Assembly (NCBI GenBank): GCA_964057225.1
Contig: OZ059894.1
Span: forward strand, 186,001-250,000
Reading direction: 5' to 3'
Length of the DNA: 64,000 bases
Source of the DNA: Auanema rhodensis
Lineage: Eukaryota; Animalia; Nematoda
The notes under the pieces are model-generated. The model worked only from the letters and a program-made list of their open reading frames with translations. It had not been told where the DNA came from and searched no databases. Numbering within the stretch: the stretch's first letter is position 1; each line of letters opens with the position of its first letter. A program made the translations under genes and the position numbers. Below, in pieces: positions 1 to 11,400 of this stretch.

Positions 1-46
1 ATATGGACATGGGGAATCAAATTTTGAAAACCGCATCTCTTTATCT

Positions 47-56
47 TTCACGTGAA
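47..56. other. Perfect 10-bp palindrome TTCACGTGAA (E-box/G-box core CACGTG), present in nearly every monomer
   Basis: Read directly at monomer positions 47-56. Protein binding is not demonstrated. Confidence 0.85.
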
Positions 57-81
57 GCGAGTTACATACCAAGTGCACATC

Positions 82-118
82 ACGTGTACATTTAATTAGC
101 ATAAATTAAAGTTCACGT
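82..118. other. Imperfect inverted repeat (potential hairpin/cruciform) in nearly every monomer
   Basis: Left arm ACGTGTACATTTAATT (82-97) against the reverse complement of 104-118 (ACGTGAACTTTAATT) gives 14 pairs, 1 mismatch and 1 bulge, with a 6-nt loop AGCATA. Confidence 0.8.
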
Positions 119-130
119 AAATTTCAAAGT

Positions 131-143
131 CATGGTTACCATG
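131..143. other. Interrupted palindrome CATGGT-T-ACCATG (contains BstEII site GGTNACC) in nearly every monomer
   Basis: Read directly. It extends to 15 bp (TCATGGTTACCATGA) in T130/A144 monomers such as the first one. Confidence 0.85.
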
Positions 144-176
144 AACCAATATCAATAAAAATTTGTTTTTAGACTA

Positions 177-319
177 ATATGGACATGAGGAATCTAATTT
201 TGAAAACCGCATCTCTTTATCTTTCACGTGAAGCGAGTTACATACCAAGTGCACATCACGTGTACATTTAATTAGCATAAATTAAAGTTCACGTAAATTT
301 CAAAGTCATGGTTACCATG
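177..319 (+). repeat. Truncated monomer (132-bp period) caused by a 44-bp deletion, junction CATG at 316-319
   Basis: Reads GTTACCATG|GGGAATC. The segment (C/A)ACCAATATCAATAAAAATTTGTTTTTAGACTAATATGGACATG is missing, with a 4-bp CATG microhomology at the join. Confidence 0.97.
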
Positions 320-660
320 GGGAATCTAATTTTGAAAACCGCATCTCTTTATCTTTCACGTGAAGCGAGTTACATACCAAGTGCACATCACGTGTACATT
401 TAATTAGCATAAATTAAAGTTCACGTAAATTTCAAAGACATGGTTACCATGAACCAATATCAATGAAAATTTGTTTTTAGACTAATATGGACATGGGGAA
501 TCTAATTCTGAAAACCGAATCTCTTTATCTTTCACATGAAGCGAGTTACATACCAAGTGCACATCACGTGTACATTTAATTAGCATAAATTAAAGTTCAC
601 GTAAATTTCAAAGACATGGTTACCATGAACCAATATCAATGAAAATTTGTTTTTAGACTA

Positions 661-803
661 ATATGGACATGGGGAATCTAATTCTGAAAACCGAATCTCT
701 TTATCTTTCACATGAAGCGAGTTACATACCAAGTGCACATCACGTGTACATTTAATTAGCATAAATTAAAGTTCACGTAAATTTCAAAGTCATGGTTACC
801 ATG
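661..803 (+). repeat. Second truncated monomer with the identical 44-bp deletion, junction CATG at 800-803
   Basis: Same GTTACCATG|GGGAATC junction, 484 bp (132+176+176) after the first. Confidence 0.97.
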
Positions 804-1320
804 GGGAATCTAATTTTGAAAACCGCATCTCTTTATCTTTCACGTGAAGCGAGTTACATACCAAGTGCACATCACGTGTACATTTAATTAGCATAAATTA
901 AAGTTCACGTTAATTTCAAAGTCATGGTTACCATGCACCAATATCAATAAAAATTTGTTTTTAGACTAATATGGACATGGGGAATCTTATTTTGAAAACC
1001 GCATATCTTTATCTTTCACGTGAAGCGAGTTACATACCAAGTGCACATCACGTGTACATTTAATTAGCATAAATTAAAGTTCACGTAAATTTCAAAGTCA
1101 TGGTTACCATGCACCAATATCAATAAAAATTTGTTTTTAGACTAATATGGACATGGGGAATCTTATTTTGAAAACCGCATCTCTTTATCTTTCACGTGAA
1201 GCGAGTTACATACCAAGTGCACATCACGTGTACATTTAATTAGCATAAATTAAAGTTCACGTAAATTTCAAAGTCATGGTTACCATGCACCAATATCAAT
1301 AAAAATTTGTTTTTAGACTA

Positions 1321-1496
1321 ATATGGACATGGGGAATCTAATTTTGAAAACCGCATCTCTTTATCTTTCACGTGAAGCGAGTTACATACCAAGTGCACAT
1401 CACGTGTACATTTAATTAGCATAAATTAAAGTTCACGTAAATTTCAAAGTCATGGTTACCATGCACCAATATCAATAAAAATTTGTTTTTAGACTA
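1321..1496 (+). repeat. Representative consensus 176-bp monomer
   Basis: This unit carries the majority base at the commonly variable monomer positions (6, 8, 12, 14, 18-20, 37, 119, 122, 130, 144, 157, 162). Confidence 0.95.
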
Positions 1497-2376
1497 ATAT
1501 GGACATGAGGAATCTAATTTTGAAAACCGCATCTCTTTATCTTTCACGTGAAGCGAGTTACATACCAAGTGCACATCACGTGTACATTTAATTAGCATAA
1601 ATTAAAGTTCACGTAAATTTCAAAGTCATGGTTACCATGCACCAATATCAATAAAAATTTGTTTTTAGACTAATATGTACATGGGGAATCTTATTTTGAA
1701 AACCGCATCTCTTTATCTTTCACGTGAAGCGAGTTACATACCAAGTGCACATCACGTGTACATTTAATTAGCATAAATTAAAGTTCACGTAAATTTCAAA
1801 GTCATGGTTACCATGCACCAATATCAATAAAAATTTGTTTTTAGACTAATATGTACATGGGGAATCTTATTTTGAAAACCGCATCTCTTTATCTTTCACG
1901 TGAAGCGAGTTACATACCAAGTGCACATCACGTGTACATTTAATTAGCATAAATTAAAGTTCACGTAAATTTCAAAGTCATGGTTACCATGCACCAATAT
2001 CAATAAAAATTTGTTTTTAGACTAATATGGACATGGGGAATCTAATTTTGAAAACCGCATCTCTTTATCTTTCACGTGAAGCGAGTTACATACCAAGTGC
2101 ACATCACGTGTACATTTAAGTAGCATAAATTAAAGTTCACGTAAATTTCAAAGTCATGGTTACCATGCACCAATATCAATAAAAATTTGTTTTTAGACTA
2201 ATATGGACATGAGGAATCTAATTTTGAAAACCGCATCTCTTTATCTTTCACGTGAAGCGAGTTACATACCAAGTGCACATCACGTGTACATTTAATTAGC
2301 AAAAATTAAAGTTCACGTAAATTTCAAAGTCATGGTTACCATGCACCAATATCAATAAAAATTTGTTTTTAGACTA

Positions 2377-3784
2377 ATATGGACATGGGCAATCTAATTT
2401 TGAAAACCGCATCTCTTTATCTTTCACGTGAAGCGAGTTACATACCAAGTGCACATCACGTGTACATTTAATTAGCATAAATTAAAGTTCACGTAAATTT
2501 CAAAGTCATGGTTACCATGCACCAATATCAATAAAAATTTGTTTTTAGACTAATATGGACATGGGGAATCCAATTTTGAAAACCGCATCTCTTTATCTTT
2601 CACGTGAAGCGAGTTACATACCAAGTGCACATCACGTGTACATTTAATTAGCATAAATTAAAGTTCACGTAAATTTCAAAGTCATGGTTACCATGAACCA
2701 ATATCAATGAAAATTTGTTTTTAGACTAATATGGACATGGGGAATCTAATTTTGAAAACGGCATATCTTTATCTTTCACGTGAAGCGAGTTACATACCAA
2801 GTGCACATCACGTGTACATTTAATTAGCATAAATTAAAGTTCACGTAAATTTCAAAGTCATGGTTACCATGAACCAATATCAATAAAAATTTGTTTTTAG
2901 ACTAATATGGACATGGGGAATCTTATTTTGAAAACCGCATCTCTTTATCTTTCACGTGAAGCGAGTTACATACCAAGTGCACATCACGTGTACATTTAAT
3001 TAGCATAAATTAAAGTTCACGTAAATTTCAAAGTCATGGTTACCATGAACCAATATCAATGAAAATTTGTTTTTAGACTAATATGGACATGGGCAATCTA
3101 ATTTTGAAAACCGCATCTCTTTATCTTTCACGTGAAGCGAGTTACATACCAAGTGCACATCACGTGTACATTTAATTAGCATAAATTAAAGTTCACGTAA
3201 ATTTCAAAGTCATGGTTACCATGCACCAATATCAATAAAAATTTGTTTTTAGACTAATATGGACATGGGGAATCCAATTTTGAAAACCGCATCTCTTTAT
3301 CTTTCACGTGAAGCGAGTTACATACCAAGTGCACATCACGTGTACATTTAATTAGCATAAATTAAAGTTCACGTAAATTTCAAAGTCATGGTTACCATGA
3401 ACCAATATCAATGAAAATTTGTTTTTAGACTAATATGGACATGGGGAATCTAATTTTGAAAACGGCATATCTTTATCTTTCACGTGAAGCGAGTTACATA
3501 CCAAGTGCACATCACGTGTACATTTAATTAGCATAAATTAAAGTTCACGTAAATTTCAAAGTCATGGTTACCATGAACCAATATCAATAAAAATTTGTTT
3601 TTAGACTAATATGGACATGGGGAATCTTATTTTGAAAACCGCATCTCTTTATCTTTCACGTGAAGCGAGTTACATACCAAGTGCACATCACGTGTACATT
3701 TAATTAGCATAAATTAAAGTTCACGTAAATTTCAAAGTCATGGTTACCATGAACCAATATCAATGAAAATTTGTTTTTAGACTA
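2377..3784 (+). repeat. Tandem duplication of a 4-monomer (704-bp) block
   Basis: Rare variants GGGCAATC (2390, 3094) and AAACGGCATAT (2760, 3464) both recur at +704. Confidence 0.9.
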
Positions 3785-4312
3785 ATATGGACATGGGGAA
3801 TCCAATTTTGAAAACCGCATCTTTTTATCTTTCACGTGAAGCGAGTTACATACCAAGTGCACATCACGTGTACATTTAATTAGCATAAATTAAAGTTCAC
3901 GTAAATTTCAAAGTCATGGTTACCATGAACCAATATCAATAAAAATTTGTTTTTAGACTAATATGGACATGGGGAATCTAATTTTGAAAACCGCATCTCT
4001 TTATCTTTCACGTGAAGCGAGTTACATACCAAGTGCACATCACGTGTACATTTAATTAGCATAAATTAAAGTTCACGTAAATTTCAAAGTCATGGTTACC
4101 ATGCACCAATATCAATAAAAATTTGTTTTTAGACTAATATGGACATGGGGAATCTAATTTTGAAAACCGCATCTCATTATCTTTCACGTGAAGCGAGTTA
4201 CATACCAAGTGCACATCACGTGTACATTTAATTAGCATAAATTAAAGTTCACGTAAATTTCAAAGTCATGGTTACCATGCACCAATATCAATAAAAATTT
4301 GTTTTTAGACTA

Positions 4313-7300
4313 ATATGGACATGGGGAATCTAATTTTGAAAACCGCATCTCTTTATCTTTCACGTGATGCGAGTTACATACCAAGTGCACATCACGTGTA
4401 CATTTAATTAGCATAAATTAAAGTTCACGTAAATTTCAAAGTCATGGTTACCATGAACCAATATCAATGAAAATTTGTTTTTAGACTAATATGGACATAG
4501 GGAATCAAATTTTGAAAACCGCATCTCTTTATCTTTCACGTGAAGCGAGTTACATACCAAGTGCACTTCACGTGTACATTTAATTAGCATAAATTAAAGT
4601 TCACGTAAATTTCAAAGTCATGGTTACCATGAACCAATATCAATAAAAATTTGTTTTTAGACTAATATGGACATGGGGAATCTTATTTTGAAAACCGCAT
4701 CTTTTTATCTTTCACGTGAAGCGAGTTACATACCAAGTGCACATCACGTGTACATTTAATTAGCATAAATTAAAGTTCACGTAAATTTCAAAGTCATGGT
4801 TACCATGAACCAATATCAATGAAAATTTGTTTTTAGACTAATATGGACATGGGGAATCCAATTTTGAAAACCGCATCTCTTTATCTTTCACGTGAAGCGA
4901 GTTACATTCCAAGTGCACTTCACGTGTACATTTAATTAGCATAAATTAAAGTTCACGTAAATTTCAAAGTCATGGTTACCATGCACCAATATCAATAAAA
5001 ATTTGTTTTTAGACTAATATGGACATGAGGAATCTAATTTTGAAAACCGCATCTCTTTATCTTTCACGTGAAGCGAGTTACATACCAAGTGCACATCACG
5101 TGTACATTTAATTAGCATAAATTAAAGTTCACGTAAATTTCAAAGTCATGGTTACCATGCACCAATATCAATAAAAATTTGTTTTTAGACTAATATGTAC
5201 ATGGGGAATCTTATTTTGAAAACCGCATCTCTTTATCTTTCACGTGAAGCGAGTTACATACCAAGTGCACATCACGTGTACATTTAATTAGCATAAATTA
5301 AAGTTCACGTAAATTTCAAAGTCATGGTTACCATGCACCAATATCAATAAAAATTTGTTTTTAGACTAATATGGACATGGGGAATCTAATTTTGAAAACC
5401 GCATCTCTTTATCTTTCACGTGAAGCGAGTTACATACCAAGTGCACATCACGTGTACATTTAATTAGCATAAATTAAAGTTCACGTAAATTTCAAAGTCA
5501 TGGTTACCATGCACCAATATCAATAAAAATTTGTTTTTAGACTAATATGGACATGAGGAATCTAATTTTGAAAACCGCATCTCTTTATCTTTCACGTGAA
5601 GCGAGTTACATACCAAGTGCACATCACGTGTACATTTAATTAGCAAAAATTAAAGTTCACGTAAATTTCAAAGTCATGGTTACCATGCACCAATATCAAT
5701 AAAAATTTGTTTTTAGACTAATATGGACATGGGAAATCTAATTTTGAAAACCGCATCTCTTTATCTTTCACGTGAAGCGAGTTACATACCAAGTGCACAT
5801 CACGTGTACATTTAATTAGCATAAATTAAAGTTCACGTAAATTTCAAAGTCATGGTTACCATGCACCAATATCAATAAAAATTTGTTTTTAGACTAATAT
5901 GGACATGGGGAATCCAATTTTGAAAACCGCATCTCTTTATCTTTCACGTGAAGCGAGTTACATACCAAGTGCACATCACGTGTACATTTAATTAGCATAA
6001 ATTAAAGTTCACGTAAATTTCAAAGTCATGGTTACCATGAACCAATATCAATAAAAATTTGTTTTTAGACTAATATGGACATGGGGAATCTAATTTTAAA
6101 AACCGCATCTCTTTATCTTTCACGTGAAGCGAGTTACATACCAAGTGCACATCACGTGTACATTTAATAAGCATAAATTAAAGTTCACGTAAATTTCAAA
6201 GTCATGGTTACCATGCACCAATATCAATAAAAATTTGTTTATAGACTAATATGGACATGGGGAATCTAATTTTGAAAACCGCATCTCTTTATCTTTCACG
6301 TGAAGCGAGTTACATACCAAGTGCACATCACGTGTACATTTAATTAGCATAAATTAAAGTTCACGTAAATTTCAAAGTCATGGTTACCATGAACCAATAT
6401 CAATAAAAATTTGTTTTTAGACTAATATGGACATGGGGAATCAAATTTTGAAAACCGCATCTCTTTATCTTTCACGTGAAGCGAGTTACATACCAAGTGC
6501 ACATCACGTGTACATTTAATTAGCATAAATTAAAGTTCACGTAAATTTCAAAGTCATGGTTACCATGAACCAATATCAATAAAAATTTGTTTTTAGACTA
6601 ATATGGACATGGGGAATCTAATTTTGAAAACCGCATCTCTTTATCTTTCACGTGAAGCGAGTTACATACCAAGTGCACATCACGTGTACATTTAATTAGC
6701 ATAAATTAAAGTTCACGTAAATTTCAAAGTCATGGTTACCATGCACCAATATCAATAAAAATTTGTTTTTAGACTAATATGGACATGGGGAATCTAATTT
6801 TGAAAACCGCATCTCTTTATCTTTCACGTGAAGCGAGTTACATACCAAGTGCACATCACGTGTACATTTAATTAGCATAAATTAAAGTTCACGTAAATTT
6901 CAAAGTCATGGTTACCATGCACCAATATCAATAAAAATTTGTTTTTAGACTAATATGAACATGGGGAATCTAATTCTGAAAACCGAATCTCTTTATCTTT
7001 CACGTGAAGCGAGTTACATACCAAGTGCACATCACGTGTACATTTAATTAGCATAAATTAAAGTTCACGTAAATTTCAAAGTCATGGTTACCATGAACCA
7101 ATATCAATAAAAGTTTGTTTTTAGACTAATATGGACATGGGGAATCAAATTTTGAAAACCGCATCTCTTTATCTTTCACGTGAAGCGAGTTACATACCAA
7201 GTGCACATCACGTGTACATTTAATTAGCATAAATTAAAGTTCACGTAAATTTCAAAGTCATGGTTACCATGCACCAATATCAATAAAAATTTGTTTTTAG

Positions 7301-8008
7301 ACTAATATGGACATGGGGAATCTAATTTTGAAAACCGCATCTCTTTATCTTTCACGTGATGCGAGTTACATACCAAGTGCACATCACGTGTACATTTAAT
7401 TAGCATAAATTAAAGTTCACGTAAATTTCAAAGTCATGGTTACCATGAACCAATATCAATGAAAATTTGTTTTTAGACTAATATGGACATAGGGAATCAA
7501 ATTTTGAAAACCGCATCTCTTTATCTTTCACGTGAAGCGAGTTACATACCAAGTGCACTTCACGTGTACATTTAATTAGCATAAATTAAAGTTCACGTAA
7601 ATTTCAAAGTCATGGTTACCATAAACCAATATCAATAAAAATTTGTTTTTAGACTAATATGGACATGGGGAATCTTATTTTGAAAACCGCATCTCTTTAT
7701 CTTTCACGTGAAGCGAGTTACATACCAAGTGCACATCACGTGTACATTTAATTAGCATAAATTAAAGTTCACGTAAATTTCAAAGTCATGGTTACCATGA
7801 ACCAATATCAATGAAAATTTGTTTATAGACTAATATGGACATGGGGAATCCAATTTTGAAAACCGCATCTCTTTATCTTTCACGTGAAGCGAGTTACATT
7901 CCAAGTGCACTTCACGTGTACATTTAATTAGCATAAATTAAAGTTCACGTAAATTTCAAAGTCATGGTTACCATAAACCAATATCAATAAAAATTTGTTT
8001 TTAGACTA
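4313..8008 (+). repeat. 4-monomer block (4313-5016) recurring 17 monomers downstream (7305-8008)
   Basis: GTGATGC (4368/7360), CATAGG (4499/7491), GCACTT (4567/7559) and ACATTCC (4908/7900) all recur at +2992 = 17x176. Confidence 0.88.
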
Positions 8009-8429
8009 ATATGGACATGGGGAATCTAATTTTGAAAACCGCATATCTTTATCTTTCACGTGAAGCGAGTTACATACCAAGTGCACATCACGTGTACATT
8101 TAATTAGCATAAATTAAAGTTCACGTAAATTTCAAAGTCATGGTTACCATGAACCAATATCAATAAAAATTTGTTTTTAGACTAATATGGACATGGGGAA
8201 TCTAATTTTGAAAACCGCATCTCTTTATCTTTCACGTGAAGCGAGTTACATACCAAGTGCACATCACGTGTACATTTAATTAGCATAAATTAAAGTTCAC
8301 GTAAATTTCAAAGACATGGTTACCATGAACCAATATCAATGAAAATTTGTTTTTAGACTAATATGGACATGGGGAATCCAATTTTGAAAACCGCATCTCT
8401 TTATCTTTCACGTGAAGCGAGTTACATTC

Positions 8430-11400
8430 CAAGTGCACATCACGTGTACATTTAATTAGCATAAATTAAAGTTCACGTAAACTTCAAAGTCATGGTTACC
8501 ATGCACCAATATCAATAAAAATTTGTTTTTAGACTAATATGGACATGGGGAATCTTATTTTGAAAACCGCATCTCTTTATCTTTCACGTGAAGCGAGTTA
8601 CACACCAAGTGCACATCACGTGTACATTTAATTAGCATAAATTAAAGTTCACGTAAATTTCAAAGTCATGGTTACCATGCACCAATATCAATAAAAATTT
8701 GTTTTTAGACTAATATGGACATGGGGAATCTAATTTTGAAAACCGCATCTCTTTATCTTTCACGTGAAGCGAGTTACATACCAAGTGCACATCACGTGTA
8801 CATTTAATTAGCATAAAGTAAAGTTCACGTAAATTTCAAAGTCATGGTTATCATGCACCAATATCAATAAAAATTTGTTTTTAGACTAATATGGACATGG
8901 GGAATCTAATTTTGAAAACCGCATCTCTCTATCTTTCACGTGAAGCGAGTTACATACCAAGTGCACATCACGTGTACATTTAATTAGCATAAATTAAAGT
9001 TCACGTAAATTTCAAAGTCATGGTTACCATGCACCAATATCAATAAAAATTTGTTTTTAGACTAATATGGACATGAGGAATCTAATTTTGAAAACCGCAT
9101 CTCTTTATCTTTCACGTGAAGCGAGTTACATACCAAGTGCACATCACGTGTACATTTAATTAGCATAAATTAAAGTTCACGTAAATTTCAAAGTCATCGT
9201 TACCATGCACCAATATCAATAAATATTTGTTTTTAGACTAATATGGACATGGGGAATCTAATTTTGAAAACCGCATCTCTTTATCTTTCACGTGAAGCGA
9301 GTTACATACCAAGTGCACATCACGTGTACATTTAATTAGCATAAATTAAAGTTCACGTAAATTTCAAAGTCATGGTTACCATGCACCAATATCAATAAAA
9401 AATTGTTTTTAGACTAATATGGACATGGGGAATCTAATTTTGAAAACCGCATCTCTTTATCTTTCACGTGAAGCGAGTTACATACCAAGTGCACATCACG
9501 TGTACATTTAATTAGCATAAATTAAAGTTCACGTTAATTTCAAAGTCATGGTTACCATGCACCAATATCAATAAAAATTTGTTTTTAGACTAATATGGAC
9601 ATGGGGAATCTTATTTTGAAAACCGCATATCTTTATCTTTCACGTGAAGCGAGTTACATACCAAGTGCACATCACGTGTACATTTAATTAGCATAAATTA
9701 AAGTTCACGTAAACTTCAAAGTCATGGTTACCATGCACCAATATCAATAAAAATTTGTTTTTAGACTAATATGGACATGGGGAATCTTATTTTGAAAACC
9801 GCATCTCTTTATCTTTCACGTGAAGCGAGTTACATACCAAGTGCACATCACGTGTACATTTAATTAGCATAAATTAAAGTTCACGTAAATTTCAAAGTCA
9901 TGGTTACCATGCACCAATATCAATAAAAATTTGTTTTTAGACTAATATGGACATGAGGAATCTAGTTTTGAAAACCGCATCTCTTTATCTTTCACGTGAA
10001 GCGAGTTACATACCAAGTGCACATCACGTGTACATTTAATTAGCATAAATTAAAGTTCACGTAAATTTCAAAGTCATGGTTACCATGCACCAATATCAAT
10101 AAAAATTTGTTTTTAGACTAATATGTACATGGGGAATCTTATTTTGAAAACCGCATCTCTTTATCTTTCACGTGAAGCGAGTTACATACCAAGTGCACAT
10201 CACGTGTACATTTAATTAGCATAAATTAAAGTTCACGTAAATTTCAAAGTCATGGTTACCATGCACCAATATCAATAAAAATTTGTTTTTAGACTAATAT
10301 GGACATGGGGAATCTAATTTTGAAAACCGCATCTCTTTATCTTTCACGTGAAGCGAGTTACATACCAAGTGCACATCACGTGTACATTTAATTAGCATAA
10401 ATTAAAGTTCACGTAAATTTCAAAGTCATGGTTACCATGCACCAATATCAATAAAAATTTGTTTTTAGACTAATATGGACATGAGGAATCTAATTTTGAA
10501 AACCGCATCTCTTTATCTTTCACGTGAAGCGAGTTACATACCAAGTGCACATCACGTGTACATTTAATTAGCAAAAATTAAAGTTCACGTAAATTTCAAA
10601 GTCATGGTTACCATGAACCAATATCAATAAAAATTTGTTTTTAGACTAATATGGACATGGGGAATCTAATTTTGAAAACCGCATCTCTTTATCTTTCACG
10701 TGAAGCGAGTTACATACCAAGTGCACATCACGTGTACATTTAATTAGCATAAATTAAAGTTCACGTAAATTTCAAAGTCATGGTTACCATGCACCAATAT
10801 CAATAAAAATTTGTTTTTAGACTAATATGGACATGGGGAATCTAATTTTGAAAACCGCATCTCTTTATCTTTCACGTGAAGCGAGTTACATACCAAGTGC
10901 ACATCACGTGTACATTTAATTAGCATAAATTAAAGTTCACGTAAATTTCAAAGTCATGGTTACCATGCACCAATATCAATAAAAATTTGTTTTTAGACTA
11001 ATATGGACATGAGGAATCTAATTTTGAAAACCGCATCTCTTTATCTTTCACGTGAAGCGAGTTACATACCAAGTGCACATCACGTGTACATTTAATTAGC
11101 AAAAATTAAAGTTCACGTAAATTTCAAAGTCATGGTTACCATGCACCAATATCAATAAAAATTTGTTTTTAGACTAATATGGACATGGGAAATCTAATTT
11201 TGAAAACCGCATCTCTTTATCTTTCACGTGAAGCGAGTTACATACCAAGTGCACATCACGTGTACATTTAATTAGCATAAATTAAAGTTCACGTAAATTT
11301 CAAAGTCATGGTTACCATGCACCAATATCAATAAAAATTTGTTTTTAGACTAATATGGACATGGGGAATCCAATTTTAAAAACCGCATCTCTTTATCTTT

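Noticed and set aside
3-95. 30-codon ORF in each monomer (consensus MDMGNLILKTASLYLSREASYIPSAHHVYI*)
   Set aside because: It is short and resembles no protein I know. Consensus positions 92-109 contain stops in all six frames, so no long ORF can span monomers. Chance ORF in satellite DNA.
154-159. AATAAA polyadenylation signal in most monomers
   Set aside because: Expected by chance in an A-tract, frequently mutated to AATGAA, and there is no gene context.
1-176. Identity with known 171-178-bp satellites (Brassica CentBr, Arabidopsis CEN178, Apis AluI repeat, primate alpha satellite)
   Set aside because: Only the length is similar. The consensus lacks AAGCTT (HindIII) and AGCT (AluI) sites, and I recognise no sequence similarity. 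A BLAST search is needed to be certain.
1-176. CENP-B box
   Set aside because: No TTCG....A..CGGG pattern is present on either strand.
79-176. Budding-yeast point centromere (CDEI-CDEII-CDEIII)
   Set aside because: ATCACGTG fits CDEI, but the following DNA is not a >90% AT CDEII of ~80 bp and there is no proper CDEIII. Point centromeres are also not tandemly arrayed.
1-176. Monomer as 4 x 44-bp subrepeats (176 = 4x44 and the deletion is 44 bp)
   Set aside because: The 44-bp offset shows no similarity beyond the CATG pair. The internal TCACGT motifs are spaced 32-33 bp apart.
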